From Dehalococcoidia bacterium (lineage in GTDB: Bacteria > Chloroflexota > Dehalococcoidia > Lucifugimonadales > JADFKI01), in assembly GCA_965204855.1 (NCBI GenBank), contig OZ242018.1, forward strand, positions 1,109,135 to 1,173,134: a DNA stretch of 64,000 nucleotides. The letters are read 5' to 3'. The position numbers and the translations under genes were made by a program. Shown here piece after piece: positions 26,256-34,747 of the stretch. Each line of letters begins with the position of its first letter. Within the stretch, counting starts at the first letter, position 1. The notes below the pieces were generated by a model, which did no database searches, was not told the DNA's origin, and was given only the letters and a program-made list of their open reading frames with translations.

Positions 26256-28451
26256 CTAGTCGTCGCCAACGACAGGTGCGACGAATGGTTCGGAATCTTC
26301 CTCGGGCTTTGTCAGATGCAGGCTGAACAGCTTGCCCTGTGTCCCTATCCAAGACTGGTTGAGCGAGCGCGTCTCCTGACCCTCGATTAGAGGGCGATTA
26401 TTGATGCGAATGCTCGGCTCAGTCTGTGTGCTGCGTATATCCACCTCACCATCACCGTAGTAGAACGACAGCCCCCTCAGTTCCGGGATTCCGAGTTCTT
26501 CGCCGATGATTAGGTTCTTGTGCGTCACAAGAGTCATGAAGGAACGCTCGATCTTGGAGAAGTCAACCAGCAGGTCGCCTTCATCATCGTACAGATAGCC
26601 ATAAGGAGTTGGCCGGGTCAGCCCGTAGATTGCGTAGATTATGGCTGCCATTGCGAGTATAGATACGACAGCGGCCACCGCGATAATGGCGATCATCACC
26701 GGGAAGTCGGTTCCCTCTTCAGACGCGGGCGGCGCGACTTCGACGGGCACCGGCACCTCTACCTCGACGGGCACCTCTACTATTCTGTCCACATATTCCA
26801 CCTGTGTGATTACCTGCTGCTGAGGCTGCGGCACAGCCCGCGCAGCGAACGAGGACAGCACCGCTGCATCGGTGGTGAAATTGTAGTCTCGCGCCGCGTA
26901 CTGCATGTTGATCTGGAACAGTGCGGTGTGAAGCTCCTTGGAGCCGGGCGTGAATACGATGTCGAATGCCCATGCGTGGCCGGTGTTGAGCAGTTCCTGC
27001 GGAACAAGCTCGATTACACTTTCGCCGCTCTCAGACGAAATGTCTGCCGATAGCATACTGGTGGGAATGGCGTAGGGCTGACCGTTCACCTTGACCTCGG
27101 CGGTTCCGATGATTACGCGGTCGCCGGGCACCAGCCCCTCAGTATGCTCCAGATTGACATCGAGAACCGGGAACGCCTGTGCCATCACCGACTTCTGCGT
27201 GGAGATGTTGTGCTCGTGCTGTGGCCAGTGCAGTTCCAGATCAATCCTGTACTCACCTTCGCTGCCAAGCGGCGGAACCGTTGTTGAATAGTAGGCATCG
27301 CCGGGAACAGCGTCTCCAAACTCACCGTTATCGTTGAGTTCATAGGTGAACGCCTTGCCCTCAGAGTCGATGATAGTGGCGCGCATCTCTCCGTCAGGTA
27401 CATGAACGCGCTCGTGTCCGTCTGCGACGTATGCTACGAACTCCGTGCTCTGGTCAAACGGGATCGTGTCGAAGGACACGAGATTGAGGTCAAGCTTGTT
27501 CTTCGGATAATGCCAGGCGGAAATGAACCCGTCACCACCGCGAACATCAACCGTCCATTCCCCTGGAACAGGGTCGATAAGCGTCCAGATTACGACGTGC
27601 GCGGTTTCGACGACGCCGGACAGAGCGCGGTCGCCCTCGGACGCCTTGCCGCCAGACGGATTTTGCAGGCTGAGTGAGCCTGCGGAACCCTGCTTGAAGA
27701 ACACCAGTGAAGACTCGGTAGTGCTAGGCGCGATTTCGAGTGATGCCGTGAATACGTCGTTAGGCGCGAGTTCGTCCTGGCCGATCTCGAACAGGGAGCC
27801 TTTCGCGTCCACGCTGAGGATGTTGTCGGCGATGACTTTCAGTTCCTCGGGCGTAGAAAGTGGGAATATGTCGCCGCCCGTGCCGCCGGACACCGTTCGT
27901 GTGAAGTCCTTCGCATAGGTGGAGGAGCCCGGCAAGGCGATACTGACAACCTGCCAGCCCTCGCGCTTGAAGTCATTTATGGTTTCACCCAGCGGATATG
28001 CTTCCGCAGGCGATTCACCCTCGAGGTCCCCGCCGGATATGACGTAAACGGTAGAGCCTTCCCCGGCACCCTCGAACTTCATCAGCTCGTGAGCGTAAGA
28101 CAGCGGCTCTGAAAGATCGGCTGTCCGAACCGATGCGGAGTCCTCTATTCTTGCTACGATTTCCCTGTAAGCGCTCTTGTGCTCCGCGCTGCCGGAAACG
28201 GCGGGGCCGATCGCGCCTTCGCTGTCAGCCGTGAGGAATCCTATGCTCTGGTCCTCGCGGAGAGCGGAAAGCAAGCCTACAAACGAGACTGCCAGATTTC
28301 GATTCTCCTGGGACATGCTGGTAGCATGCCTATCGACAAGTACGATGTAGAGTGGCTCGTTGCCCTCTGCTCGTAACAGTCCCGATTGGCTGACCGACCA
28401 TGAAAGTAATAGTATTGCTGCTAGAACGAATGCGATTTTGAGTTTAGGCAT
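26256..28451 (-). CDS. membrane protein: signal peptide, VWA-like domain, beta-rich ectodomain, one TM, FHA-like cytoplasmic tail
   Basis: ATG 28451 follows GGAGGT. LYIVLVDRHATSMS...VYVISGGD resembles a VWA layout. TM IAIIAVAAVVSILAMAAIIYAIY. Tail LIIGEELG...SIRINNRPL...GKLFSL. Confidence 0.6.
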   Translation of the reverse strand: MPKLKIAFVLAAILLLSWSVSQSGLLRAEGNEPLYIVLVDRHATSMSQENRNLAVSFVGLLSALREDQSIGFLTADSEGAIGPAVSGSAEHKSAYREIVARIEDSASVRTADLSEPLSYAHELMKFEGAGEGSTVYVISGGDLEGESPAEAYPLGETINDFKREGWQVVSIALPGSSTYAKDFTRTVSGGTGGDIFPLSTPEELKVIADNILSVDAKGSLFEIGQDELAPNDVFTASLEIAPSTTESSLVFFKQGSAGSLSLQNPSGGKASEGDRALSGVVETAHVVIWTLIDPVPGEWTVDVRGGDGFISAWHYPKNKLDLNLVSFDTIPFDQSTEFVAYVADGHERVHVPDGEMRATIIDSEGKAFTYELNDNGEFGDAVPGDAYYSTTVPPLGSEGEYRIDLELHWPQHEHNISTQKSVMAQAFPVLDVNLEHTEGLVPGDRVIIGTAEVKVNGQPYAIPTSMLSADISSESGESVIELVPQELLNTGHAWAFDIVFTPGSKELHTALFQINMQYAARDYNFTTDAAVLSSFAARAVPQPQQQVITQVEYVDRIVEVPVEVEVPVPVEVAPPASEEGTDFPVMIAIIAVAAVVSILAMAAIIYAIYGLTRPTPYGYLYDDEGDLLVDFSKIERSFMTLVTHKNLIIGEELGIPELRGLSFYYGDGEVDIRSTQTEPSIRINNRPLIEGQETRSLNQSWIGTQGKLFSLHLTKPEEDSEPFVAPVVGDD

Positions 28452-28573
28452 CTCACACCTCCACATAGCCAAGTTATAAAAGGGTGCGGATTTGCGTCAA
28501 CGCAAAATTAGTCCTTTTTTTGAGACATCGCATTGTCGTAGTGTTAGACAATGACCAAGAAAAGGGCTAATGC

Positions 28574-28951
28574 ATGAGGTTGCGTCGGAAATTCCCAATG
28601 TGTTTTTTGACTGGAATACGGCTGCTAGCGTCAGCCTTGACAGCCGTCGCTATCGGATTAGCTATCGCGGCTTGCGGGGATAGTACATCCAACCCAAGCG
28701 AAGACAGCGGACGGAACATCGAGTCAGTAAGGGGCCTGGTTCTGGAAGTAGAACAGGAATCCCTCATTTCCCTCAAGGCGCTGGAAATTCAAGACGGTGA
28801 TGGCAGGGTCTGGAGATTTGAGGGCAGGGGAAAGGTTGTCGCAGGCTTTACGCCCTCACACCTAAATGAGCACAAGCTACTGGGACAGTCTGTGGAGGTA
28901 GCGTTCTATCGCGAAGGCGATGCGCTTGTTCTGGAAGACATCACTGACTAG
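28574..28951 (+). CDS. small lipoprotein, unknown function
   Basis: Signal peptide with lipobox LAIAACG. Confidence 0.6.
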   Translation: MRLRRKFPMCFLTGIRLLASALTAVAIGLAIAACGDSTSNPSEDSGRNIESVRGLVLEVEQESLISLKALEIQDGDGRVWRFEGRGKVVAGFTPSHLNEHKLLGQSVEVAFYREGDALVLEDITD

Positions 28952-29447
28952 ACTCGCGCGCGCGCTGCGCTCGCCTGATGCTGAAGATGACATACGCCGT
29001 GCCGCCGCCGAGAGCCAGCGTAACCAATATCAGCATGAACATCCCTTCGACGCTAGGCACGGAGGCGGCTTCAGATATGTGGATGGGCGTAGTCGCGGTT
29101 ACTTCGCCATGCTCAGCCGTCTGTATCTCCGCCACCAAGTTCCACTGCCCGGCGCTGCGGAAGATGATGTTTCCCTTGTAGTGGATTGGGGTCGCCGGAT
29201 CGTTGAGAGCCGGCGTCTGAAGTGCCCTGTCATTGGGGTCCGGGGGGTGGGCGACAATGCGAACACGGGCGTTCTCGACTGCGGTTCGCATCTGCGGGTC
29301 GAGGATGGTTACGCCGAAATGCACCGTGCCGACTTTGGGCCTGTGCGGCTGTATCGTGATGATGACTTCGTATGGGCCTGCGGGGCCGCGGTAAAGTTGC
29401 AAAGGCTGGTCGAAGACATTGGTGCGACCGCCGGGCGTTTGCCCCAT
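28941..29447 (-). CDS. FixH/YtkA-like Ig-fold protein with C-terminal TM anchor; start uncertain
   Basis: PYEVIITIQPHRPKVGTVHFGVTILD...YKGNIIFRSAGQWNLVAEI pattern. The ORF-track N-terminus runs through a tRNA gene. A hydrophobic stretch upstream of ATG 29447 has no ATG/GTG/TTG start. Confidence 0.45.
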   Translation of the reverse strand: MGQTPGGRTNVFDQPLQLYRGPAGPYEVIITIQPHRPKVGTVHFGVTILDPQMRTAVENARVRIVAHPPDPNDRALQTPALNDPATPIHYKGNIIFRSAGQWNLVAEIQTAEHGEVTATTPIHISEAASVPSVEGMFMLILVTLALGGGTAYVIFSIRRAQRARESSQ

Positions 29448-29590
29448 GATGACTACGCTGAGCAGAACAAGCGCAGCTACTCGAAGGAACAGCCGGAGCT
29501 TCGGTCGCGCGGTGTTCGCGGGAGAGAAGTATGGAGTGATTGCAGAAGGGTGCAATTGAGGGAGCTTATCAAGGAGTATGCGGGTGTGAG

Positions 29591-29665
29591 TGGTGGGCTT
29601 GCCAGGGATCGAACCTGGGACCAATCGGTTATGAGCCGACCGCTCTGCCGCTGAGCTACAAGCCC
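29591..29665 (-). tRNA. tRNA with CAT anticodon: elongator Met, or Ile2 if lysidine-modified; CCA encoded
   Basis: Hand-folded cloverleaf: acceptor GGGCTTG/CAAGCCC, D stem GCTC/GAGC, anticodon stem GTCGG/CCGAT with loop CTCATAA, T arm CCAGG-TTCGATC-CCTGG. The paired 1:72 position excludes an initiator. Confidence 0.9.
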
Positions 29666-29724
29666 GTGTTGATGTCAATTTAGCCTAACGAATGGGGTTT
29701 GCACTGTCAAGGATTGTGTACCGA

Positions 29725-29747
29725 GGGAAGAGGTTAGGATGAGGGCA
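29725..29747 (-). repeat. family-A repeat, partial copy (reverse)
   Basis: gggaagaggttaggatgagggca. Confidence 0.5.
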
Positions 29748-29756
29748 TATGGATCA

Positions 29757-30371
29757 TCAATTCGCGTTAAAGAAGCGCCGCCAGTCGCGGTCGGCGAGCG
29801 CGGCGAGCAGGTACGAGCGATGCTGAATGATATTGGTTCCCCCTATCAGCAGGGTCATCGCAATCGATAGCAGAATCAGTCCGAGTGGCTGTCCTGTGAT
29901 GATTGCCAGAGCGTTGAACGCGAAGAGCGTGAATCCCGCCGACCAGAAGATATGCCGCGTCAGTGCAAGCATGACCATGCCGACCACTGCGGCAACCGCC
30001 GTTACTTGCCACATCAGTAGCGCGGATACGCCTATGGCGGTCGCGGCGCCCTTGCCTCCGCGAAACTTGAGGAAGGGTGAGAAGTTATGTCCCAGCACCG
30101 CTACGAAAGCGGCAATGTACACGGCAACGTCGGGAGCGCCCACGCGCTGTCCGATGAAAATGGCAGCCATACCCTTTGCCGCGTCCACGATGAACACCAA
30201 GACGCCGAAAACCCGTCCGACTTCCCTGCTGACATTGCCCGCGCCGGGATTACGATTGCCCACGCTGCGAATGTCTTTGCCGAGACGCCACTTGCTCACC
30301 AGATACGCGGTGGGGAAGCCGCCTAACAGGTATCCCAGCAGAACGATTCCCAGCGATTCCGGACTTAGCAT
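29757..30371 (-). CDS. plsY: glycerol-3-phosphate acyltransferase PlsY (downstream paralogue)
   Basis: GYLLGGFPTAYLVSK...GNRNPGAGNV...GHNFSPFLKFRGGKGAAT. Confidence 0.9.
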   Translation of the reverse strand: MLSPESLGIVLLGYLLGGFPTAYLVSKWRLGKDIRSVGNRNPGAGNVSREVGRVFGVLVFIVDAAKGMAAIFIGQRVGAPDVAVYIAAFVAVLGHNFSPFLKFRGGKGAATAIGVSALLMWQVTAVAAVVGMVMLALTRHIFWSAGFTLFAFNALAIITGQPLGLILLSIAMTLLIGGTNIIQHRSYLLAALADRDWRRFFNAN

Positions 30372-30991
30372 TATAGTCTGTCTATGCTCACGAGACGGCG
30401 CCAGTCTCGATTTGCTATGGCAGGTAGCAGGTCAGCGCGCTGACGACCGAAGTGCGTGCCCGCGACAAGCAGCGACAGGACGATGCACAACACTATCTGG
30501 CCGATTGGCTGTCCCGTTGCGATTGTAAGAGCGTTGAGCGCGAGGAATATCGCTGTCATAGCCCAGACAGCGTGGCGTGTGGCGGCGAGTATCAGCAATC
30601 CAATAGCCCCTGAGATTACGGTAATCTGCCAGAGCATAAGCATGGAGATGCCCAAAACGGTGGCAGCGCCTTTGCCTCCCTTGAATCCGAGGAATGGCGA
30701 GAAGTTGTGGCCGACGACGGCTGCAAGCGAGGTGAAGTAGAGCGCCGTGGTTGGCACGCCAAGCTGCTGTCCCACTACGACCGCAATCGCGCCTTTGACC
30801 GCATCGACGGCAAGCACGAAAATACCTGCCGCTATCCCAACCTCGCGTCCGATATTGGTTGCGCCGGGATTGCGACTGCCTACCCCGCGAATGTCGATGT
30901 TCCGTCTCCACCTTCCCATAAGGTACGCGGTAGGGAAGCTGCCGAGCAGGAATCCCAGAATGACAACTCCAGCGGAATCTATGCCAAGCAC
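30371..30991 (-). CDS. plsY: glycerol-3-phosphate acyltransferase PlsY (upstream paralogue)
   Basis: GFLLGSFPTAYLMGR...GSRNPGATNI...GHNFSPFLGFKGGKGAAT. TAATG stop/start overlap with the next plsY. Confidence 0.9.
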   Translation of the reverse strand: MLGIDSAGVVILGFLLGSFPTAYLMGRWRRNIDIRGVGSRNPGATNIGREVGIAAGIFVLAVDAVKGAIAVVVGQQLGVPTTALYFTSLAAVVGHNFSPFLGFKGGKGAATVLGISMLMLWQITVISGAIGLLILAATRHAVWAMTAIFLALNALTIATGQPIGQIVLCIVLSLLVAGTHFGRQRADLLPAIANRDWRRLVSIDRL

Positions 30992-30995
30992 ACTG

Positions 30996-31415
30996 TTATC
31001 CTGCCAGGCTCTTGGCGGCTTGCAAGCCTAGGTTGTAGCCGACGATGCCCACGCCGGTGATGACGCCCTTGCACGCCGGGCCAATTTCGGAGACGCGACC
31101 TCTGCTGGCAGGATTGGACATGTGGACTTCGAGCGTTGGTATGGAGGCTTGCCTTATGGTGTCTGCTAAGGTGGGATGACCCGTGGTGTAGCCTCCCGGA
31201 TTTATGAGCGCTGCGTCCGCGTCAGAAGCCTTAAATTTCGCGATGATCTCTGCTTCCTCGTTGGAGTGGAAAATTTCCACATCCACGCCTACTTCGGCGG
31301 CGTATCGCCTGATGTGCTCGTCGTATTCGGGCAACGTCATCGTGCCGAAGATTTCGATATCGACTTTGCCTCTCAGTTCCATGCCTTGTCCGTGAAGAAC
31401 CAGCACCTTTGTCAT
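30996..31415 (-). CDS. aroQ: type II 3-dehydroquinate dehydratase
   Basis: MTKVLVLHGQGMELRG...IFHSNEEAEII...INPGGYT...EVHMSNPASR. ATG 31415 follows AAGGAGA. The ORF-track extension to 31634 is Arg/His-rich noise. Confidence 0.85.
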   Translation of the reverse strand: MTKVLVLHGQGMELRGKVDIEIFGTMTLPEYDEHIRRYAAEVGVDVEIFHSNEEAEIIAKFKASDADAALINPGGYTTGHPTLADTIRQASIPTLEVHMSNPASRGRVSEIGPACKGVITGVGIVGYNLGLQAAKSLAG

Positions 31416-31444
31416 TTCGCGTATCTCCTTGACTGAACGAGTGT

Positions 31445-31476
31445 TAACAGGATGAACAGGATAGGTAGGATGTTGG
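31445..31476 (+). repeat. family-B repeat copy (forward on + strand)
   Basis: taacaggatgaacaggataggtaggatgttgg. Confidence 0.7.
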
Positions 31477-31486
31477 CAATGATATG

Positions 31487-33859
31487 CTAGACGTCCAGGG
31501 CGGCGAAACAGGCGGCGATGATGCTGTCGGTGTCTATGCCGTACTCCTGATACAACTCGGCGCGGCTGCCGGACTGTCCGAACTCGGTTACGCCGAGCGG
31601 GATAGTCTTCGTGCCGAGCGCTCCACCAAGCCATGCGAGTGAATGGGGGTGGGCATCCGCGACGGTTACGACCGGCGCTCCACGCTCGGACGGCGGGATT
31701 ATGTCCGCCATGAAGGGAGGGGCAGAGTTGCCGGCGACGGCGGAGCGCACGGTGTCCTGATAGCTTCTGTACAGAGGACCTAGCCCAGTGATGTTGATGA
31801 TGTTGGCGAAGATTCCCTCGCGCAGAAGTTCATCACTTGCTGCCATTGCTTCCGGAATCATCGCGCCGCAAGCCATGATATTCACGACATTTTCGCCGGG
31901 GGCGTAGTGTGGTTCGTTCGCGCGGCAGACAAGGCGGTATGCTCCTCCAAGTACGTTCTGGCGCAGTTTCTCTCTTTCGTCCGCGTCTTCGGGAAGCGCA
32001 AGCAGAGATTGGTCGATGCGCTTGCTGGTAAGGCGGAGATAGGTTGATCGCCGACGCTGACGCACCTGCTCGAGCGCACTGAGCATAATCCATTCGACTT
32101 CTTTGCCAAAGCATGGCTCATAGAAGTCCAAGTCCGGCATTTCCGTGCCGATGGACGGAGTGGTGAGCGACTGGTGCGCGCCGCCCTCGGGGGCGAGTGT
32201 GATGCCTGACGGGGTGCCCACGACAATGAACTTAGCGCCCGCGTAGATGCTGTACACGAAGGCATCGAGTCCGCGCCTGACAAACGGATCGTAGAGTGAG
32301 CCTATCGGGAAGAGAAGCTCGCCGTTCGCCTCGAATGACTGGCCGAGCTGACCAAGCATCATGAATAGGTTGTTTTCGGAGATGCCAAGTTCAATGTGCT
32401 GGCCCTGTGATGACTCGGTCCATCGAAGCGCGCTCTCAATCTCTTCCTCGGGCAGGATTTCCGGGTCCGTGCGCTTCCATACACCCGCTCTGTTTATCCA
32501 TCCGCCCAGCCCTGTTGAGCTTGCGACGTCGGGGCTGACGGTAACTATGCGATCTGCGACTTCAGGAAGGTTACGTGACAGGTCGGTCAGAACCAAGCCG
32601 TAAATCTGTAGCGTGGAAATGCTGCCTCGATATTCATGGTCAAGGTCAGTGGGGAGGGAAGGTACAAGCGCGGCAGGTGAGCGCGGCCTTGTCCGGCGCA
32701 GGCTCGCGGCAGTGTTCCTGCACGCCCTTCCCGCAGCGGAATCAGGCGCGAATGTGTCCCAGACCTTGCTTTCCGGGACGTCCACAAAACGGCGCAACTC
32801 ATCCATTTGTGGCGGGGAAAGGAGATTGGAATGGTTGCGAGGGTCGCCAATCGAGGGCAGCCTCCAGCCCTTGAACGTGTAGGCGAAAACCACTGTGGGC
32901 CCTTGCAACTCGTCGGCGCGGGCGAAAGCATCCCTGAGCATGGAGAAGTCGTGGCCGCCCAAGTTGCTGAACAGCCCGTGAAATTCGTCGTCGTCCCATT
33001 TGCTTATGAATCGCGCCAAGTCCCTGGGATAGCGGCTGGAGCGCGGCAGCCACTCGCGCAAAGTAGTGGGATCGACGCGGAGAAGCCGCTGGTACGCTTC
33101 GTTGGACATCTCGTCAATGCACATCCGAAGCAGTTCGCCGTTCGGCTCGGCAAACGCGCTTTGCAATCGCCTGCCGTATTTGACGTCGATGAAGTTCCAG
33201 CCATTTGCCGCGAACATCTCACGCCAACTCTGGACACGGATGCCGGGTATTATGCGATCAAGACTCTGGCGGTTGAGGTCAACGACCCAGAGCACGTTGT
33301 CGAGGGCGGACATTTCCGGCTCTGCTATGGCTTCCCAGATGGAGCCCTCGTCCAGCTCCGCGTCCCCGACAAGACTGATGTACCGGCGTGTACGGTTGTA
33401 GTAGTGCAGGTGCGAGCGCAGGTACTCCTCCGTGATTGCCGCGAAATTGGGTGCGACGGGGCCCAGTCCTACCGATCCGGTGGAGAAGTCCACGGAGTCG
33501 GGGTCTTTGGTCTGGCTTGGATATGCTTGCAATCCGTGGAAGCCTCGCAGGGTCTTGAGGTATTTCCCGTCGAGATTGCCCAGCAGATACTGAATCGCGT
33601 GAAAGACAGGGGATGCGTGTGGCTTGACGGAGATTCTGTCGCCCGCTCGCATGTAGTCGAAGTACAGCGAGGTCATAATTGTAACCACAGACGCGCTCGA
33701 TGCCTGATGGCCGCCGACCTTTCCGTCCGGCGAGTGGCGCACGTTATTGGCGTAGTGGACCATCTGCATGGACAGCCACAGCACACGGTCTTGAATCTGC
33801 CGCAGCGTGGTATCGCGGTCCTGATATGGGTTCGTCTGTTCTCGAATTGCCGTTGCCAT
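31487..33859 (-). CDS. AceE-like homodimeric 2-oxoacid dehydrogenase E1 / transketolase-superfamily ThDP enzyme
   Basis: 790 aa. GGHQASSASVVTIMTSLYF, GDAELDEGSIWEA (ThDP GDG-type motif), C-terminal transketolase-like domains. No E2/E3 nearby. Confidence 0.75.
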   Translation of the reverse strand: MATAIREQTNPYQDRDTTLRQIQDRVLWLSMQMVHYANNVRHSPDGKVGGHQASSASVVTIMTSLYFDYMRAGDRISVKPHASPVFHAIQYLLGNLDGKYLKTLRGFHGLQAYPSQTKDPDSVDFSTGSVGLGPVAPNFAAITEEYLRSHLHYYNRTRRYISLVGDAELDEGSIWEAIAEPEMSALDNVLWVVDLNRQSLDRIIPGIRVQSWREMFAANGWNFIDVKYGRRLQSAFAEPNGELLRMCIDEMSNEAYQRLLRVDPTTLREWLPRSSRYPRDLARFISKWDDDEFHGLFSNLGGHDFSMLRDAFARADELQGPTVVFAYTFKGWRLPSIGDPRNHSNLLSPPQMDELRRFVDVPESKVWDTFAPDSAAGRACRNTAASLRRTRPRSPAALVPSLPTDLDHEYRGSISTLQIYGLVLTDLSRNLPEVADRIVTVSPDVASSTGLGGWINRAGVWKRTDPEILPEEEIESALRWTESSQGQHIELGISENNLFMMLGQLGQSFEANGELLFPIGSLYDPFVRRGLDAFVYSIYAGAKFIVVGTPSGITLAPEGGAHQSLTTPSIGTEMPDLDFYEPCFGKEVEWIMLSALEQVRQRRRSTYLRLTSKRIDQSLLALPEDADEREKLRQNVLGGAYRLVCRANEPHYAPGENVVNIMACGAMIPEAMAASDELLREGIFANIINITGLGPLYRSYQDTVRSAVAGNSAPPFMADIIPPSERGAPVVTVADAHPHSLAWLGGALGTKTIPLGVTEFGQSGSRAELYQEYGIDTDSIIAACFAALDV

Positions 33860-33871
33860 CGTTAACCTCGC

Positions 33872-33920
33872 AGTCAGGTGTCAGGTGTCAGCGGTCAGGA
33901 TTCAGGTTCAGGGTTACAGG
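33872..33920 (+). repeat. seven tandem heptamers (nnTCAGG)
   Basis: agtcagg tgtcagg tgtcagc ggtcagg attcagg ttcaggg ttacagg. The last unit overlaps the hyi stop codon (33914-33916). Confidence 0.85.
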
Positions 33921-34690
33921 TAAGACTTAATCCAGTTCAGCCCTTCATTTGTGGTTGTCGCGGGAACATATTCGCAGCCGATCCAGCCGTCATAACCCAG
34001 GTCGTCGAGGTGGTTGAACAGGTAGCCGTAGTTTATCTCGCCTGTGCCAGGTTCGTGGCGGCCCGGATTGTCGGCAATCTGGATGTGTCGGATAATGTCC
34101 TGGTTGCTCTCGATGTTGCGGGCAAGGTCGCCCTGCATTATCTGCATATGATAGAGATCGTGCTGCAAGAAGAGGTTGTCGGAACCGACACGCCCGATCA
34201 GGTCACGCGCCTGCTCCGGGTAATTGAGCATGAATCCGGGGATGTCTATGGTATTGATAGGCTCTATGAGCAGCGTGATGCCCGCGCCTTCGAGTTGCTC
34301 AGCCGCGAATGCAAGATTGCTGACAAGGGTGGCGTCTGCATCTTCGGGCGACACGCCTTCAGGAGCGATACCCGCAAGGCAATTTACTTGCGGACAGTTT
34401 AGCGCCTTGGCATATTCGATTGCTTTGCCAACGCCTTCCTGAAATTCGCTGACACGATCCGGGTGGCATGCGATGCCGCGCTCTCCCGCGCCCCAGTCTC
34501 CTGCCGGAAGGTTGTGTAGAACCTGCTTCAGGCCGTGCTGCTCCAGTTTTTCCGTGAGCTGAGCCGGCTCGTAGTCATAGGGAAACAGGTATTCGACGCC
34601 TCTGAATCCCGTACTCGCGGCGGCTGAGAAGCGGTCGAGAAAATCGACCTCGTTGAACATCATCGTTAGGTTTGCTGCGAAGTTTGGCAT
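33914..34690 (-). CDS. hyi: hydroxypyruvate isomerase / 2-oxo-tetronate isomerase family (xylose-isomerase-like TIM barrel)
   Basis: MPNFAANLTMMFNEVDFLDRFSAAASTGFRGVEYLFPYDY is a typical Hyi N-terminus. Confidence 0.85.
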   Translation of the reverse strand: MPNFAANLTMMFNEVDFLDRFSAAASTGFRGVEYLFPYDYEPAQLTEKLEQHGLKQVLHNLPAGDWGAGERGIACHPDRVSEFQEGVGKAIEYAKALNCPQVNCLAGIAPEGVSPEDADATLVSNLAFAAEQLEGAGITLLIEPINTIDIPGFMLNYPEQARDLIGRVGSDNLFLQHDLYHMQIMQGDLARNIESNQDIIRHIQIADNPGRHEPGTGEINYGYLFNHLDDLGYDGWIGCEYVPATTTNEGLNWIKSYL

Positions 34691-34710
34691 TACTTGTCCT
34701 CAATTAAGTC

Positions 34711-34747
34711 TAACAGGATGTACAGGATTAAAAGGATAAGGTTAGGA
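34711..34747 (+). repeat. family-B repeat copy (forward on + strand) ending in a family-A fragment (aaggttagga)
   Basis: taacaggatgtacaggattaaaaggataaggttagga. Confidence 0.75.

Noticed and set aside
29448-29678. N-terminal 77 codons of ORF 28941..29678
   Set aside because: They run straight through the tRNA-CAT gene (29591-29665), so they cannot be coding.
29591-29756. tRNA-adjacent integrative element (also checked at tRNA-Ser 45646-45736)
   Set aside because: No integrase or excisionase gene, and no direct repeat of the tRNA 3' end, was found on either side within the window.
32807-33865. 352-aa + strand ORF
   Set aside because: Antisense shadow of the AceE-like E1 gene, with no domain signature.
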